A DNA stretch of 64,000 nt from Catajapyx aquilonaris (lineage: Eukaryota), in assembly GCA_000934665.2 (NCBI GenBank), contig KZ538140.1:1-64000 (forward strand), in the 5' to 3' direction. Each line of letters opens with the position of its first letter. The first letter of the stretch is position 1. The position numbers were made by a program, and so were the translations under genes. The notes below the pieces were generated by a model. The model worked only from the letters and a program-made list of their open reading frames with translations. It ran no database searches and was not told the origin of the DNA. This document shows positions 26,271-40,462 of this stretch, one piece after another.

Positions 26271-29200
26271 CATATATTATATGAAACCTGCAGCTTATAT
26301 CTTAAGTCAAATAATGAAGTTGCCTGATACGTATGACGGAAAACATGATTATAATACATCCAAGCTTCTTTATGTGAGTTCATAGCGGCATGCTAATGAA
26401 GCACTTTTAATCGCTTCGTTCATTTTCTGCAAAAAAATGTGTGCAGCTTATTATGGATTTTTGCAAAAACACCCTCTTATCCTACTAGACATGGCGGATG
26501 GAATTAGCGACAAGACACGGCAATAGATTACCTTTTATACTCTAGATATTTTAGAATAATTGAGACCGTACTGTAGCACTAGTGAAAAGGCTACCAGTTT
26601 ACCGTAGATTGATGGAAAGTCTATAACTGCTGCAGAAATTGAATTAAAGTGCAGCCCTTACAGTACAGCCTGAATGCATTGTAACTTTATTCAGAACAGC
26701 AATTGAAGAAAGTTGGGTACGCAGTTTCTGGCAGGTTAGCTACACTAATTCACTTACAATTCGAGAACAAAGGCAACCGTTTTTGTTCTAATAACAATGA
26801 AACAGATCGACATTAAGCTCATTACAGCGTAACTTGCCATAACCCGCCACAACTATAAATGTGTAGCCTTACAGATGAGTTGACTTTCTCAAGCCAGTAA
26901 ACTCTCATTATTATCTAATTACAATCCCAGCACCCACCAACTACTTTTGGCTACGCTTTCGTATCAGGAGACCATGCACTTCTCATGGGGTAGGTTGATG
27001 CAGCGTGCCCCTACCCCTACCACATTCGGTCTCCCATTACGAAAGTCCTTCCCTATTTTCCTCTCATCCTCACACATGACCTATCGCAAAAACCATCCGA
27101 CTCAATGTACCTGCCGCACTCTCTACCTGTTAACACGATCATACTTCTAATACAGGACATGTATGCCAGTGTTCGACTTGTCCGAGAATCTCCCCACTAC
27201 CATTCCCCCTCTCCCTATCCCAGGCTGAAAAGGGGAGGATTTGCGCACAAAAAGGGCAGAAAGACGCGGAGGCTGGGCCAGTGTGGCGTTGGGGCGGGGT
27301 GGCGCCAGTGCCACTCTCCAGGCACCCTCCATCCCCCTCCCATCTCTCTCTCTCAATCCTACCACCTCCCCCCCCTCCCCCCAGAGCACAGGAAAGGCAG
27401 TCGACAGAAAGGAAACATTCCTGTCGGGACACGCAGCCAGCCGGGTTCGCCTCCGCTGCGATCAACCTCCAAGCAACATAAGTGTCCGCACACACACCAC
27501 ACCTGGGACAGACCTGAAGACATCGCAAAAAGTGCAAGAGGCGCCGGCGTCTCGGAGGAATTCTGCCCATGGTGAGTTGTCACATGCATGGGTTGTACCG
27601 ACACAAATTAGTAGGAAAATTGGAGGGGTTTTCCATTAATTTGATGTCGTAATAGGCCCTTGGGGGCTTTGGATGTCGCGCACTTTTGTTCGTGACTTGT
27701 CTCATAAATCGTGTTGCCTGCACCTGTTGAAAATGTGCCACGATTGATTTAGGGATACATCTACATTGTCGGGGGGAGGTACGTGATTGTCAAGTGTTGC
27801 GGACTGATTTGGTGTGAACACTTGCATGTGAATGGCCCATTTTTAATGGCTCTATTTTCATGTCTGACATCTGCCTTTCATGATGTCAGCTCTTACACAA
27901 AACCCAAGGAGTTATTGCCATCGGTGCTTAGCTACTAATGCACAGTTATATTTAGCACAGTATTATCCTGTTGCTGCAAGTCGGATACAATATAATATGA
28001 TCGAAATTACCAATATCACTGTTTGACATGTCTAGCGCAGTGTCAATTAGAGATATTGGCAAAAGAATATGAATGTATCCGGCCCTTTATATGCTTTGTC
28101 AGAATGGTATGTTTGTGACGTCGACTGCACCTGTTGAAATACCAGCAATATTATCTTAGGAAATGATCTTATTAGTGCTGCTATTGGATGAATGGGCTGC
28201 ATTGTTGGAATGACATGTGTTTATTCAACTGGTTCTGGGTGACGGGTAAACATCCAGTACATTCCAGAGTAACATGGTTCACTTGGCTCGATCAATGAGC
28301 GTACAGTACAGTCATAATAAATGCACCGTGCAGAAGCGTGGCTCATTTTGCTACTCCCTTCCCAGGATATTAATATGGCAGGGAAAAGTTTGTCGTCGAG
28401 GTTGACACTGCTGGGAGAGAGAAAACTTTGAAGAAAAAAAAAGAAAAATAGAGGAGAGAGTGTCGTGTTCTTCAGAAAGTTGGCTGGAGCTGTCAGAATT
28501 TGCGCAACGTAAATCCCAGCGACTTGAAGACGCCCACAAAGTACACTTTCCTCCTTGCAGTGGTCATTTATCTTCTCCGCACTGTCTGCACCGTAGGATA
28601 TATACACAGTAGTCTGACCCCCGGCGCCTATAGACGAGCCTCATATCCCCCCCCCCCTCCTCCCCTCTAGTCTCTTGGCGAGCATAACAGAGCAGATCGA
28701 TCATAGCCCCAGACTCAGTGCTGTGCTGCGGCTTAATCCTTCCCTATTTCATTTCCAAAGTCAACGCAGACATTGTTGTATGTTGCACAAGGGGGTGTCG
28801 ATAGTCTTATGTGAAGCGCACTTTAAAACTACAGCCATATATATTCCAACAGCGTGATACGGTGCAATCCCCAAAGTTTAGTCACAAGTGCCATTAGTGA
28901 AAGCTCGCAGCCATGTCCGCATCGGAATGAGAAAATGAGGCCGGGAGAAGTGAAGAGTAGAGTCTGGATGTTGTGGGGATGTGGAGGGGGAGGAAGGGGG
29001 GAGGGAGAAGTGGGTAGAGTTGGAAACCACGTCCATCCCTCGTAGCTTGGGCGCCATTTGCGGCCTGCCCAACCAACTATCCCAACAATTCCAGAGGGCC
29101 TTCGATGCCCGCGGACTTTTCGAGCAGCAAAAGGTATAGCAATGGTAGGAGGGGGAGGGGAAGGGGGGGGTTCTTCTCACTGCGGTCTCTGTTGAGGCTG

Positions 29201-32200
29201 CTGATATTGAGGCCTGCGCTCCATCTTCCCAAACCGATCCTGTAGCCAGCCATCTTCTTTCTAATTGGAATGTCCGCTACTCGGTTTATTAGTTCCGTGT
29301 AAGACATGTTGCCGATAATCTACCAGGGGGGAATTGAGCTAGCTGTTGGATGCAAATGAGCTATTGCAATCCTAGCATGATGCAACCCAACGAACACTCT
29401 TTTAATAAGGAAGAAATGCATTCGTCCAGAATAAAACCTAATTTTGCGTGCTTCCTGGCAGTGCTGGAAGGACGACCAGGGACAGCAAGATTATTTCCAT
29501 TCCCCAGCTTCCTCCCCCTCCTCCTCCTCCTCCATCCCACCCTCCCTTTTTTCTATTCCCCGGTCCCAGCGCCTGGCGCAATCTTGCCGAACATTGGGTT
29601 AGCCGACTCGATTCTGTTATTCAATTTTGGCAATCCTGCTGCGATGCATTATGCAAAATGGGGGAAGGCCTCCGCGCTTGCTTCCGTGGGTCACGAAGGA
29701 ACGAAGAAGGAGGAAAAAAAAAAAAAAATCTGGTCTGGCGCTCCGGGCCACATGAGAAGACGGAGGCGAGAGACTCCGGATGGGGGTGGGATTGGATTCG
29801 TGGGTGGGGTTGGGTGGAATCGGATTCATCAGAACATATGTGATTCCGGGTTCGGAATCCTGCTTGGTTACATGGTCAGTACGCATGTATCCTTATGTGC
29901 ATGCAACCCAACAGCCTCGGTTGTTCGAAGGAATTGTGTGATTCCAGGGGCAACATTTGGCTGAATCCGCAGCAATTTTAGATTTTACTCCATAAACCAG
30001 TATAATAAAACTCTATAAATCAGTTTAATAAAACAAAGAGAAGAGAAGCAAAATATATAAAAAAAAGCAAATAAAAAGAAGCAACAATCTTCTCAACAAA
30101 ATTATTTCACTCTAAACAGTAGAGTCGAGCAGTCACTGAAGGACAATTTATAATATTTTACATCAAAATATGTTACACATTACATAGCATACATAATGAG
30201 CACGTATAAAATTTGTAAAGCCTAGACAGCCTGTAATTTTTTTGTTCTTATACGTTGTGTGCCAGTGCAATCGATAATTTCACGAGTAAAGAGATGGAGT
30301 AATTAAGTATATTTATGCGAGTTCTGTTTTTGTTATATCGATTAAGTGTAATAACCACAACACATTTCCCCTATAAAATGAGGCGGCAGTGATGAAGCAA
30401 TTAATTGAGGGCTGTCGATATTCTGCAAAAATGGCGGCATTGTTGTTTTAAAAAAACAGGCTAAAGTACAGCGCAGGAATAAATCACTCATTGTTCCCAG
30501 TTTTATTATAATTTGGTGGTTGTTTATCGGTTTTCATGCGGGCAATGTTAAAAATGAGCAATTATGTGTAATGACGGGGTTCATCTTATAATGACTGCAG
30601 TGGCGCTTCATGAGGCGACAGTTTGCATTTTGATGCGTAATTGTTTAACTTTATATTTGCGGCACAAACTCGCGGAAATTATTCCCGATTGCATCAGTAT
30701 TGTCTGACTAATGAGCCGGAATGGAGGATCGATTTCGGCTGCTCCTTCCTCGGGAGTCGCAATAATCAATGCTGTCAACGACACCGTATTTCACGCCAAA
30801 ATGGGGGGCGTGACAAGGACTTGACACGTTTTGATGCTTTTTTATGACTATTATTTTTCAATGGGTGTCATATGGGGAGGATTCAGGGGAAAAAAGGTGT
30901 CGAGCATTATCGAGTCAACACACTGAAAGCTTATGTACCGGTCTCACCAAAAAAAATGGTGTTTCCTCGTCACTGACAATTAGCACTGACGTTACTCCCC
31001 AAAAAAATGAGTCGTGTTGTCCCCCCTGAGAGAGCAAGTGCGAGAGGCCTACAAGTTGCATTAATCCGGGTGAAAATTCCCGTATCCTGGGCACCGATTC
31101 CAGCTCTCCACCAACGTTCAAATGGCATGTGCAGGCGAATTAATAACATTAGACCCAATTAAAAGCAAATGATTTATAGGGAGGCAACGCTTTGGCGGGT
31201 TAATATAAATCGTTATTAATACGGCATTGATTATTCAAATGGATATGCATGATGGCTGCATGTGTATGCAGTGGCAGCAATGATGTAAGTGGAATGGACT
31301 TGCATATCATCAACATGCATGGCTGCCTGGGACTATATTCCCCCTCTAGTATATGTGTGTGTGGATAGGATGGTAGTTTTTTCCCCCTGCCTTATTATGT
31401 AGTATGATGGCCAGAAGGGGTGAGGGGTGAGTATGGTTTGGGACATTCTGTGATGCTAAACTGGGAAAATTCCCTCGTCAGCCGAAGGAGAAACGTGTTC
31501 AATAAACGTACCCTGAGAGAAGAAACGCTGACCTACCCTTTGGTCGGTTGCATAAACGAGGCCAGCCCAGAACTATTGGTAAACTCTATAATTATGTTAT
31601 TAGTATATGATTAATTAATGGTTCAAAGTTTGCTATCGGCTATGCAACCCATTATATTGCATGTGAATACTGCTGGGATCATTTTTTGTGTGTGTAATGA
31701 ATAATATTAATCATTTTTAATTTGCACTTTAATCATAATGAACTTATTATAGAAAATTGTAGGATTATTATGTATACATGTTTATACGGAGTGGAACGTT
31801 TGCCAAATATAATTTGTAACAATAATAGGAAAATATGTATTTTTTTCCAACTGAACCATTAAGTATAGATTAGTGCAATTAATTACATTGAAAAAATGTA
31901 GTTACCGCAACTTTTATAAATATTTGCATAATGCTTCACGTATATGCCAATGTGCACCACCTGTTGGAGTGAGTACTCAATAATTTCTCATTGCGTATAA
32001 TTACTGTATCACCGTGTGGAGTAAATAATCCATAAATTTCATACCATAAGTTGTAAGATTGACAAGCGAGCGTTCCATCCTTGCATAAGCAAGAAAATTA
32101 TTATCTGTGCATCTCAAATGCATCATCCAAGGTAAGTCCCTGCACGCTACGATAATGCCTAATTAGATCGCATTATGACCCCGTAATTAGCAGCGACTCG

Positions 32201-32691
32201 AACAGTAAGTTGTATTTATTTTGAAACTTTATAATTATTTGAGCCGAGGATAAGGACTAATCAAAAATACTGCGCAGCTGCACAATAGTATAAGTAGCTC
32301 CCGAGATGAGGATATGTTTGCAAGTAGCTGTAATCGGAATCTATAGTGCAAGTTCCGAGAATATAAGCCCAAGTTGGATATTTTTCTCCCCCCCCCTCCC
32401 CCTCCCCTCCGCACTTTCCCCCACCGTTCTCCGTCGGATTCAGACCCAAACTTGGTTAAAGTAATTACAAGAATTAATTTATTTCCTCCCTACCTGAAGC
32501 GAAGTAAAGCTAAGGGCTGGAAGGAAAACCCCGTCTTGGCATGGCACGATACTCCGGGGATAAATGAGCAGAAACGTAGAGCAGTTTATCAGTGTATGTG
32601 CAGAGTCCCCTAGAGATGTAAATTCCAACCATTTGTCAATCCCATAGAAAGAACCGTGTTGTCAGTTTCAATCCATTTTATTTATCCCTAC

Positions 32692-32880
32692 AATTAATGT
32701 ACCGATTCATGTACCGACTTGGAAGAAATGCTGTCTGCGGTACTGACTTGAAAATAGTTCATCCCAATGTACCGTTTCATGTACTGACTGTGACGTCAAA
32801 ATACTGTGTACACAGTACTGGCTTGTTTGTTGATCACAAAATATCACCTTCAAGTCGGTACATGAATCGGTACATGAATT
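32692..32880. mobile_element. Fold-back MITE with ~30-bp TIRs
   Basis: AATTAATGTACCGATTCATGTACCGACTTG (32692-32721) vs CAAGTCGGTACATGAATCGGTACATGAATT (32851-32880): 29/30 complementary. A third degenerate copy, ATGTACCGTTTCATGTACTGACTG, lies inside. Confidence 0.75.
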
Positions 32881-33579
32881 ACACCAGCAGGCTGGTGACA
32901 TTTCAGGAACCTTGATCATGTGTCCTCCTTGGTTCAATACTGCTAGCTAGAGGCTGGGGGGAGGGGGGGGGGGCTAGGGAGAAAAAAATAATGGAGTCGC
33001 TAGGGGAGTCCTTACAAAGTCGCCTTTAATTAAAGCGAATTGACATCGGAGAGGATGCCTGCGCCTTTGCCTTGAGCCAAAGTCATCCCGACCACTTTCC
33101 CTGGGTGGAGTTGAGGCAGAAGGCGAGTGGGGCTTCTCTCTCTGTACCTCGGCTATTTCCCTGCCCGACCTTCTAATTACGCTCGGTAACGCAATTACAA
33201 AGCGCGTCCGTGGCTTTGGGGCTGGTTGCTTTCGTCTCTTCCCTCAATCTGATAAATGGAAAGCCGCGTTCGGCTGACTTCAGCTCGCTAGGTGCAGTAA
33301 GTTCCCATGTGTATGTTTTGCACTCCTCCACTTTCAAACAAAGGATTCTGAGAGTAGGGGGAAAATTGGGTGGGCTTTTGCTGCGGGTCGCAAAAAGGTT
33401 GAAATGCGTTACGTGCCTTGGCTGCTTTTGGGGGCTACGAGTTTGACGACGCACATGAATATTTGCAAGTTAATTGAGCAAGTTGGTGCCGAATATTTCA
33501 TCGGGTTGGAGGATTTTTTTTCCAGGTTTCTGCTGCATAATTTCTATAGGGGTTTGTGCACTGGGAGGCTATTATATGG

Positions 33580-33740
33580 CTTCTTCTGACTAAAGGAAGA
33601 CCGCTATTAATACAGTATGCTCCACTGAATACTGCTCTTTCAGCTTTCAATATATGCTGTCGAGTATGTTCGAAGCTTCTGAAGTTTGCTGTTTGGTCAA
33701 CAGCCCTTTGAAGTGACTGGAAGATATGTGTTGGTCTTAT
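33580..33740 (-). mobile_element. Possible decayed RTE-like reverse-transcriptase fragment
   Basis: Minus-strand translation QSLQRAVDQ...ILKAERAVFSG loosely resembles the post-YADD segment DNLQRAVHKL...KTKVMAFxG. Weak. Confidence 0.25.
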
Positions 33741-36700
33741 TAATTTAATGAGGTACATACCCTGTCATTTTTCTGTAGAATTTGGAAATATGCGGGCATA
33801 TTCTTCAAATGTTTTTTTCTCCACTAAAGCCATATCCAGTGTCTGAATCACCAATCATGCGACAATAAAACAACATATTGCAACACCACATGTGCTGGGT
33901 CGCTGATGGCAGACTTTTTGGAAGACTTTCAGCGAGGGTTTGGTCGGAGTGCTGCCAGCCTTTAGCTCAGCTGGAGCGGAATTAAGGGCTTTATCACTCG
34001 CAGCCAGCTTGCCTTGGCCATCAATACACCTGACGTAATTACTAAGCGTCCCCGAGAATTGTTTTTGTCCTGGCGAAGCGCTTCGATAAGCCCACGACAC
34101 CAACACTCTATTTTTTTTTCTTCTTCTTCTTTTCCTGTCTTAAGAGCAGCTTGATTAGAGCAGAATTTATTCATTGTGTGTGGAGTGTTCGATTTGCTTA
34201 TTCCATATTTCATGGGCATTAAGTGTAGCACACACATTGACGCCTTTATCCTCTTTAAATATGAATATTAAAGGAGCGGCTCTAATTTGCATAAAATATA
34301 CGAAATTCAAGACTTGATCTTCAGTAGGTGGCATATTTTCTTTGAACCTCAAAACCATTCGTCTTTTCTTCTCCAGATGTCTTACCTCCAAGTTTACCGA
34401 ACTCCATCCTAATAAATAATGCATACCAAAACTACTTGATTCGTTCTCGTAGTGAATCGCTCATGAAAATTTAAAGTAAATTTCTGATGGTAGAAGAGGA
34501 TCCGGCAAAATCCGCCTCTTGATGCCTTCTCAGAGCCGCTCAAGGGTCGTTCATGATTGTCGCAGTAATTAATGCCGCGAATTCCTAATTATCTAGAAGG
34601 ATTTATTTTGAAAACTATATTCTTCAAGTAACTTTACGAACAAAAAGCAAACCCCCAAAGGACACCACTTCAGCTTCCATCCTGCTTCAATAGGTATCAT
34701 GGACGTAATTTTCTTCTTGAATTCAACCTTAAAAAAACTCGGAGGTAAAAAAAATCTTGTGAGATATAGTTATAAAGCTTTAAGAGAGAAAGAGAGGTGC
34801 TGGAGAGAGCGGAATCTGAAAATGTTGAACGACGAAAAAGCTTTCCATGGCGCTGTTTGCTTTAGAATTTGATAACTTTTTGATGGAAAGTAACTTTAGA
34901 CCTTTCTGAAGGAGAAGCCGCGAGTTCGATCGGCGGAATGGGCTGCTTTCAAGTATTGGATATCAATGGAACGGAGACGCGCCTCTGTTGTCTCGCAGCT
35001 TTCCTCCTCCCCCGCCTTCCCCTCCCCCCCACCATCTCCCCAATCTCCTCCCCAAAAAACGCTGCTTCACTACTCACTTGTGCTTGCACAACCGCCCATC
35101 TGTCTATTCTATCGCTATGGTTTTGTTGCCTTTTTACTTGAGGTTTAAGGAAGAATATTGCAAGAGTGGGTGATATATTACTTGACGTTTTTTTTTATCT
35201 TTCGAGGGAGCTTTTAAAGGATTTGATGTCTTGCCTAATGTGATGGCTAACTAAGGATGTAATGTAAAGTTTGACGGGGGTGAATTGAAGGATGCCGTTG
35301 CTAGGGTATCGGGTGTTTGCTTACCAGAAAGTGCCTGCCGCATTTTTGCTGTGCAAGCAACCGGGTAGCTGGATACTCCAAAATGGACTGTTTTGTGGTG
35401 CACTTCAGTTTCAGTGGTGCAGTCTTAATGTCTTGAACGAAAATTCGACCGAAAAATATGTAACTTCAGACTCTAATATCGCACTCAGTTATCGCGATGG
35501 GTTATGTAGGCTACTGTGTATAAAAGGATGGACACTAACTACTGATGGTTCCAATAAACAAACAAAAAGTAAATAACACTAGAATAAATATAAGAAAAAT
35601 AAATTAACACGGGGTAGCAGACATATGCCACAATTATGCAGAAAACTTCTTTGCATTATCTTGCAAGATAAAAACAAATGGTAAACCTTTATTACAAAAC
35701 AGCCACTGTCGACAGCTCTGCTTAACAAGTTAGTAGCAAACAATGGAGAAGATGTTGGAAGGCGCATAACGCCCTGCATTTACAAAGCTCTGGAACGAAT
35801 AGCAGGGGGTTTTAGGAGCGACTTGAAATGGGGCTAAACACCCGGGCGTGGACCGCAGACTGTTGCCAATTAAGTGCAAAACACGAATGTGTTTTTAATA
35901 CAGAGGCGCACAACCTTGAAATCTGGCCCAGTGTTTCCGGGCTCCAAACCCAATTCGCCTAGATGGCCCGGACAAAGACCGAATTGCTTCTCTTCCAGCC
36001 ACGTGTTAATTCCCATTGTTAAGTCGAGTACTAAGCCGAGGCAACAATTACCCGGCGAAAATGGCAGACCAAACGATGGAGATTCCGACAGCATCCTTTT
36101 CCATTCCTCCCCACCCCCCACCACCTCTCCCTTTGCCTTTCCCTTGCCAGCCGTTTCCAAAGGGCCATAAATGAGGAGTAACAATCCCACCAGCGCAATA
36201 ATAAAGCCCTCTGCCTTCGCTTGAAGGGGGAGGTGCCCAAGGAGCCTCCTATGATTATGGCTACCTTCGGAATAAGTGGCACATTCCACTTACCCACCAA
36301 AGTGTGTAATAAAGAAAACGGCCTCAGGTATAAACACTAGACGTGTCCCTCCAGGAAGGAATAAATTTTACACCCGGTTTTGCATTAATTGATTTCAGCC
36401 CTTCCTTTGCAGAACTGTAGGACCGACTGGGCTGTAAAAACGCAGCAAATATTTTCAAATGTGAGGTATGTCGTATACACAGTGTCGATGATCTGGAGTG
36501 TTTTTGCTCAATTTTAGTGGTCTTCAACACCTTCATATCTGAAGACATGAAATGTAGAACAATCAGAGTCACTGTTTTTCTCTGTGATACTGACTGAACT
36601 AGCAGAAAACAGTCATATTATATAATGAGCGGAAATATTTTTTTCCATGGAATAAATTCTCAAATCAATATTTCCGTCCCCACAATATCTGCTCTCTGAA

Positions 36701-38032
36701 AAGCGATACTGAATCACTTTAAAGAGATTTCATCTCAAAGCAAATTTTAAATAAATAAAATAGTGAAAACCAACTCTCCGAATTATTTAAAACGAAAACC
36801 TCGTTAAATGTCAAAAACCATAATCAGTTTCTCCTCAGCCTGCACGGGTTGTATGCGAATTTCGCAGTCGCTTTTTGATGCCACACAAAACCCAGGCTGC
36901 TTATTCATGCAATATCAGAGCACGGTGCGATGCCTTTCTTTCCATGTAGATTACGTAGTTTTCTGACTGATGCCAGCTGGGAATTCGCGGTGTTCAAACC
37001 TACAGTATCTCACATGGGAAATAAACCCGAAAGGCGGTGAATGTGATTCCACCAGATTTTTTTTTCGACAAGAACAATGCGCACTACAGTATGCAACCTT
37101 CATGAATACTGTAACTCAAATTTGAGTCCACGTTATGTTATATGTGCTCTCGGATTGCTTACGGCACATCCCTGTTTCATGTTATTCGAGCTGAAAGACT
37201 TCATATAAATCTAGTGCACACAACACGGATTTATGAAGGGTAGCTTATTGTTATCCACATTTCGTGACACATTATTACACTCATTAATCTCATATGTTAT
37301 CTGAAATCCATATGAATTTATTATATGCATAATTTTTTGAAAAATCTGATTGTTAATGAACAGGGCGTTTCAGAATGATTCTGATAGTCTTTCAGGGCTT
37401 ACACCGCAGTGAATAAGAGTCGATTGTGGTAAACAACTTGTCACGAAAGGCAAAGTAGAGTCAGGCGAAAACCTGCGGGCGAAAAAGTGATTTTTCCACC
37501 TCAGGATAGGGCCGAGTTTGGAATCCCAAATCGGGGCAGGGAGTGTCCATCCGGGCCTAATTTATTTGAGGGCGTGCCGGATGAAGGGTACAAATGAGGC
37601 ATGTAAATGAAGGTGGATTGCAATGATGAGGACGAGGGGAATCCTCCCTCTGCTCTCTCTCTCTCTCTCCTTTTTGGCTTTTCCCTACACCCCCTTCCAG
37701 AACTGTCCGGTGTGAATTTATCCATGTTGATCCGGGAGAGGGTTCTAAGACGGATGGCTTTTCCGGGGGAGGAGAAGGATTTACTAAGTGTCCGACGCGG
37801 TTTCAGTTGGCCGTGACGGTACGGGGCACGCAGGATTTGCACCAATCCCACCCTCCTAATGTCCGGTTTGAGTTAATGTGGTTTGCTAAGAAGGGTGTTT
37901 CTGTAACATACCAGGGGAGAAACTGCATTTCTGGGATAGCTACGGGGAGAATATTGATGTAGGGTGAGAAACGTGATGTTTTTCAAATTGGATATTACTT
38001 GAAAAATGATTCGTGCAATCTTCACTCAATCT

Positions 38033-38124
38033 TCTAACCTAATCTAACCTAATCTAACCTAACCTAACCTAATCTAACCTAACCTAATCTAACCTAACCT
38101 AATCTAACCTAACCTAACCTAACC
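38033..38124 (-). repeat. Interstitial telomere-like (TTAGG/TTAGA)18 array
   Basis: 12 CCTAA and 6 TCTAA units interspersed. TTAGG is the ancestral arthropod telomeric repeat. Confidence 0.9.
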
Positions 38125-40448
38125 AACCATTCAGAGCATTGTTACCAAAACACATGCAGAATGCATTATAAGCCCATATCATATCGGACATGCCTAGATA
38201 TGCTTGGAAGGGATACAAGGCTGGTATTCACATGATTTGACTCCCATCAACATAGAATAATTAGACAGATCCATTGTTATGCACGCGTACAACTTGCAAA
38301 CCATTTTTGAAACTGTTGTCATACTGCCACTCCATCATTGTAAACAGTGATTGCAACATTTCTAATACTGTACCATGTTAGGCGACAAACCCAGCTCGTG
38401 ATTAACTTTGGCTGTGGTTGAAGTGCCACTTACTTGAACCACATAGACAGAAGGGGAACAAGATGGAACAAAAATTCCGGAGCTACCGACGACTCAAATT
38501 GCCACTTGGCGGGATTGGAAATGTGATCAGCGATTGAGTAGGTTCAGCAAGAGGGGTAAAGAAAGAAGAGTAAGAAATATGTGCGGCACCTCCTGGAAAG
38601 AGCTCTTCCTATATACACGCTCCTCCTCAAGGGAAAGAGTGGAAAATCCTGATTGCCACTGGGGACTAGTACAAAACAAAATTCTCTCGCGTTTGATTTC
38701 AGGTCTTTCGTAGGATCTGCTCCGGTAAAATGGGGCCAAGAAACCCGATGGTATATATAAGAGTCGGGGGAGTGGATCGAAGGAGAGGTACATTCTTCCA
38801 AGGGGGGGCCATTATTCTCCCCCCACCCACGACTTCTGCCCTTACTATTGGCTTCCAATGGTCTTCGACACCATCCGGGCTTCTTGGTTCGCCTTTTCCG
38901 CTTCCTTTGTTCATCTTTCACGTCAAGAACCCTCCCACTTCTTCAGGAAAAGGGAAGGAGGGGAGAGGTGGGTGGAGAGGCAGAGGAGTGAGAGAGGGCA
39001 GGGACCTCTAATTTATGCCACACTTGTATCTATTTCAGCGATTGGGCTGACATTAAGGGATTTCCAGGTCAATCTAATGTCCGGGGTTTATGGGCGTGAA
39101 AAGAATCGGGGGTTGGGAAGATAGGCCCTTTGGGGGTCGGAAAGGGATGGGTCGTTGATCTCATTTTGCTTGCGGGGGGGAGAGATAATTTTGGATGTTT
39201 CCAGACGTTAATTGCAGGGGGGAGGAACTTCGTCACATTTAGTCATTAGCCTGAGAGTAAAACTTGCGGGGTATTAATGTTTTGCAGACTCTGCGTTGGA
39301 AGTTTGTTATACCTAATATGAAATGTCCAAGAGTCTGCAAATTGGGATTTGTTTACCCCAGCAACATATTCGCTGCTTTCGTAACAATAATTTTTTCTGT
39401 ACCACCCTCGTGAATTGTGGGATTCGACAGTGTGCACTCATTGTATTCTAAACAGAATGATTAACTAAAATGGGGAGTTGATAATTTCAGCAAGCTATGT
39501 TATGCTCTTTCATGTTGCTCATAATTTAGCAACTATGTCATATGCACTTGCTGCGGTTTAGCTGTATTTTTAATTAATTTTTATAAGCTGCTACGTATGA
39601 CAATAACGCCAATTTTGGCGTAATGTGGGTGTGTCAGTGTTTCTTGGTCAGCCGTGAACAACTTCAAAGAGTGTAAAAATCGCAGTAAAATATTTACAGT
39701 AAACATTTCATCTTAATGGTTTTGACAACTATCACGCTATAGATGGGTCAGCCTCCACTGAGAGTAAAATTAAATGACCCAAAAATCCGGATAGAAATAA
39801 ATATATAGTTAAAGGTGCTTGAAAATATTTAAGCGATTGGTCTGATATTCACACCATTAAAATTAATGACAGTACATATGATTACGATTTTATGACCAGG
39901 TGTACTCGTAACGCCAAATTGATTTTACTACCAACAAATTACTGCGCAACCATGAACCGCATGGGAACCGTACACACACAAAAAAAGGGTATCCCGGAGC
40001 CCTTCTCTTTTCCGGAACTGCAAATGCAAAGTGACAAATCCGGTTATCATGCGCGTGAGTCCACTACACGGGGACTTGGAAGAGCTTGTTTGAAACCCCT
40101 GCGGGGACCTCGTCCGGACGGAAGGACGGAAGGGCGCTCAAATTGGACCGGATTGACCCAAGCGTACCCTTGTCAATCCTTTTGCTTGACCCCCCCACTT
40201 GACGGCTCTGGCTTGACCACAAGTTCCGGGCACTGGGGAGAGACTCCGGAGGCCCTTGGCTATTCAATCAGGTGCGCGACTTGTAAAAGCCTCACGCACA
40301 CACAAAAAACAGAGAGACAAGCCCACGGAGATGTCACCAGACAAGTCCGGTTTTAGGAGTTTATACGGTTGGAAAGACCAGAATGGTTCGTACCATTCGC
40401 CCAACGACATGTCAAATGAAATTTTTGTCCACGTTGCGCCATACCTAT

Positions 40449-40462
40449 CCGGTAGATGGCGC
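40449..40462 (+). promoter_or_regulatory. CTCF-like insulator motif
   Basis: CCGGTAGATGGCGC matches the CTCF core CCnnnAGRKGGCGC. Single motif, no functional evidence. Confidence 0.3.

Noticed and set aside
29350..29964. Longest ORF (204 aa) and similar ORFs such as 10819-11376, 19457-19960 and 27105-27575
   Set aside because: Translations are low-complexity F/P/L/S or K/E/G/R runs from homopolymer and R/Y tracts, with no domain resemblance or codon structure.
34280..34430. Possible LINE fragment (YLLGWSSVNLEVRHLEKKRRMVLRF)
   Set aside because: Similarity to the RTE LLYGxExW...EMRFLR motif is too weak to support by eye.
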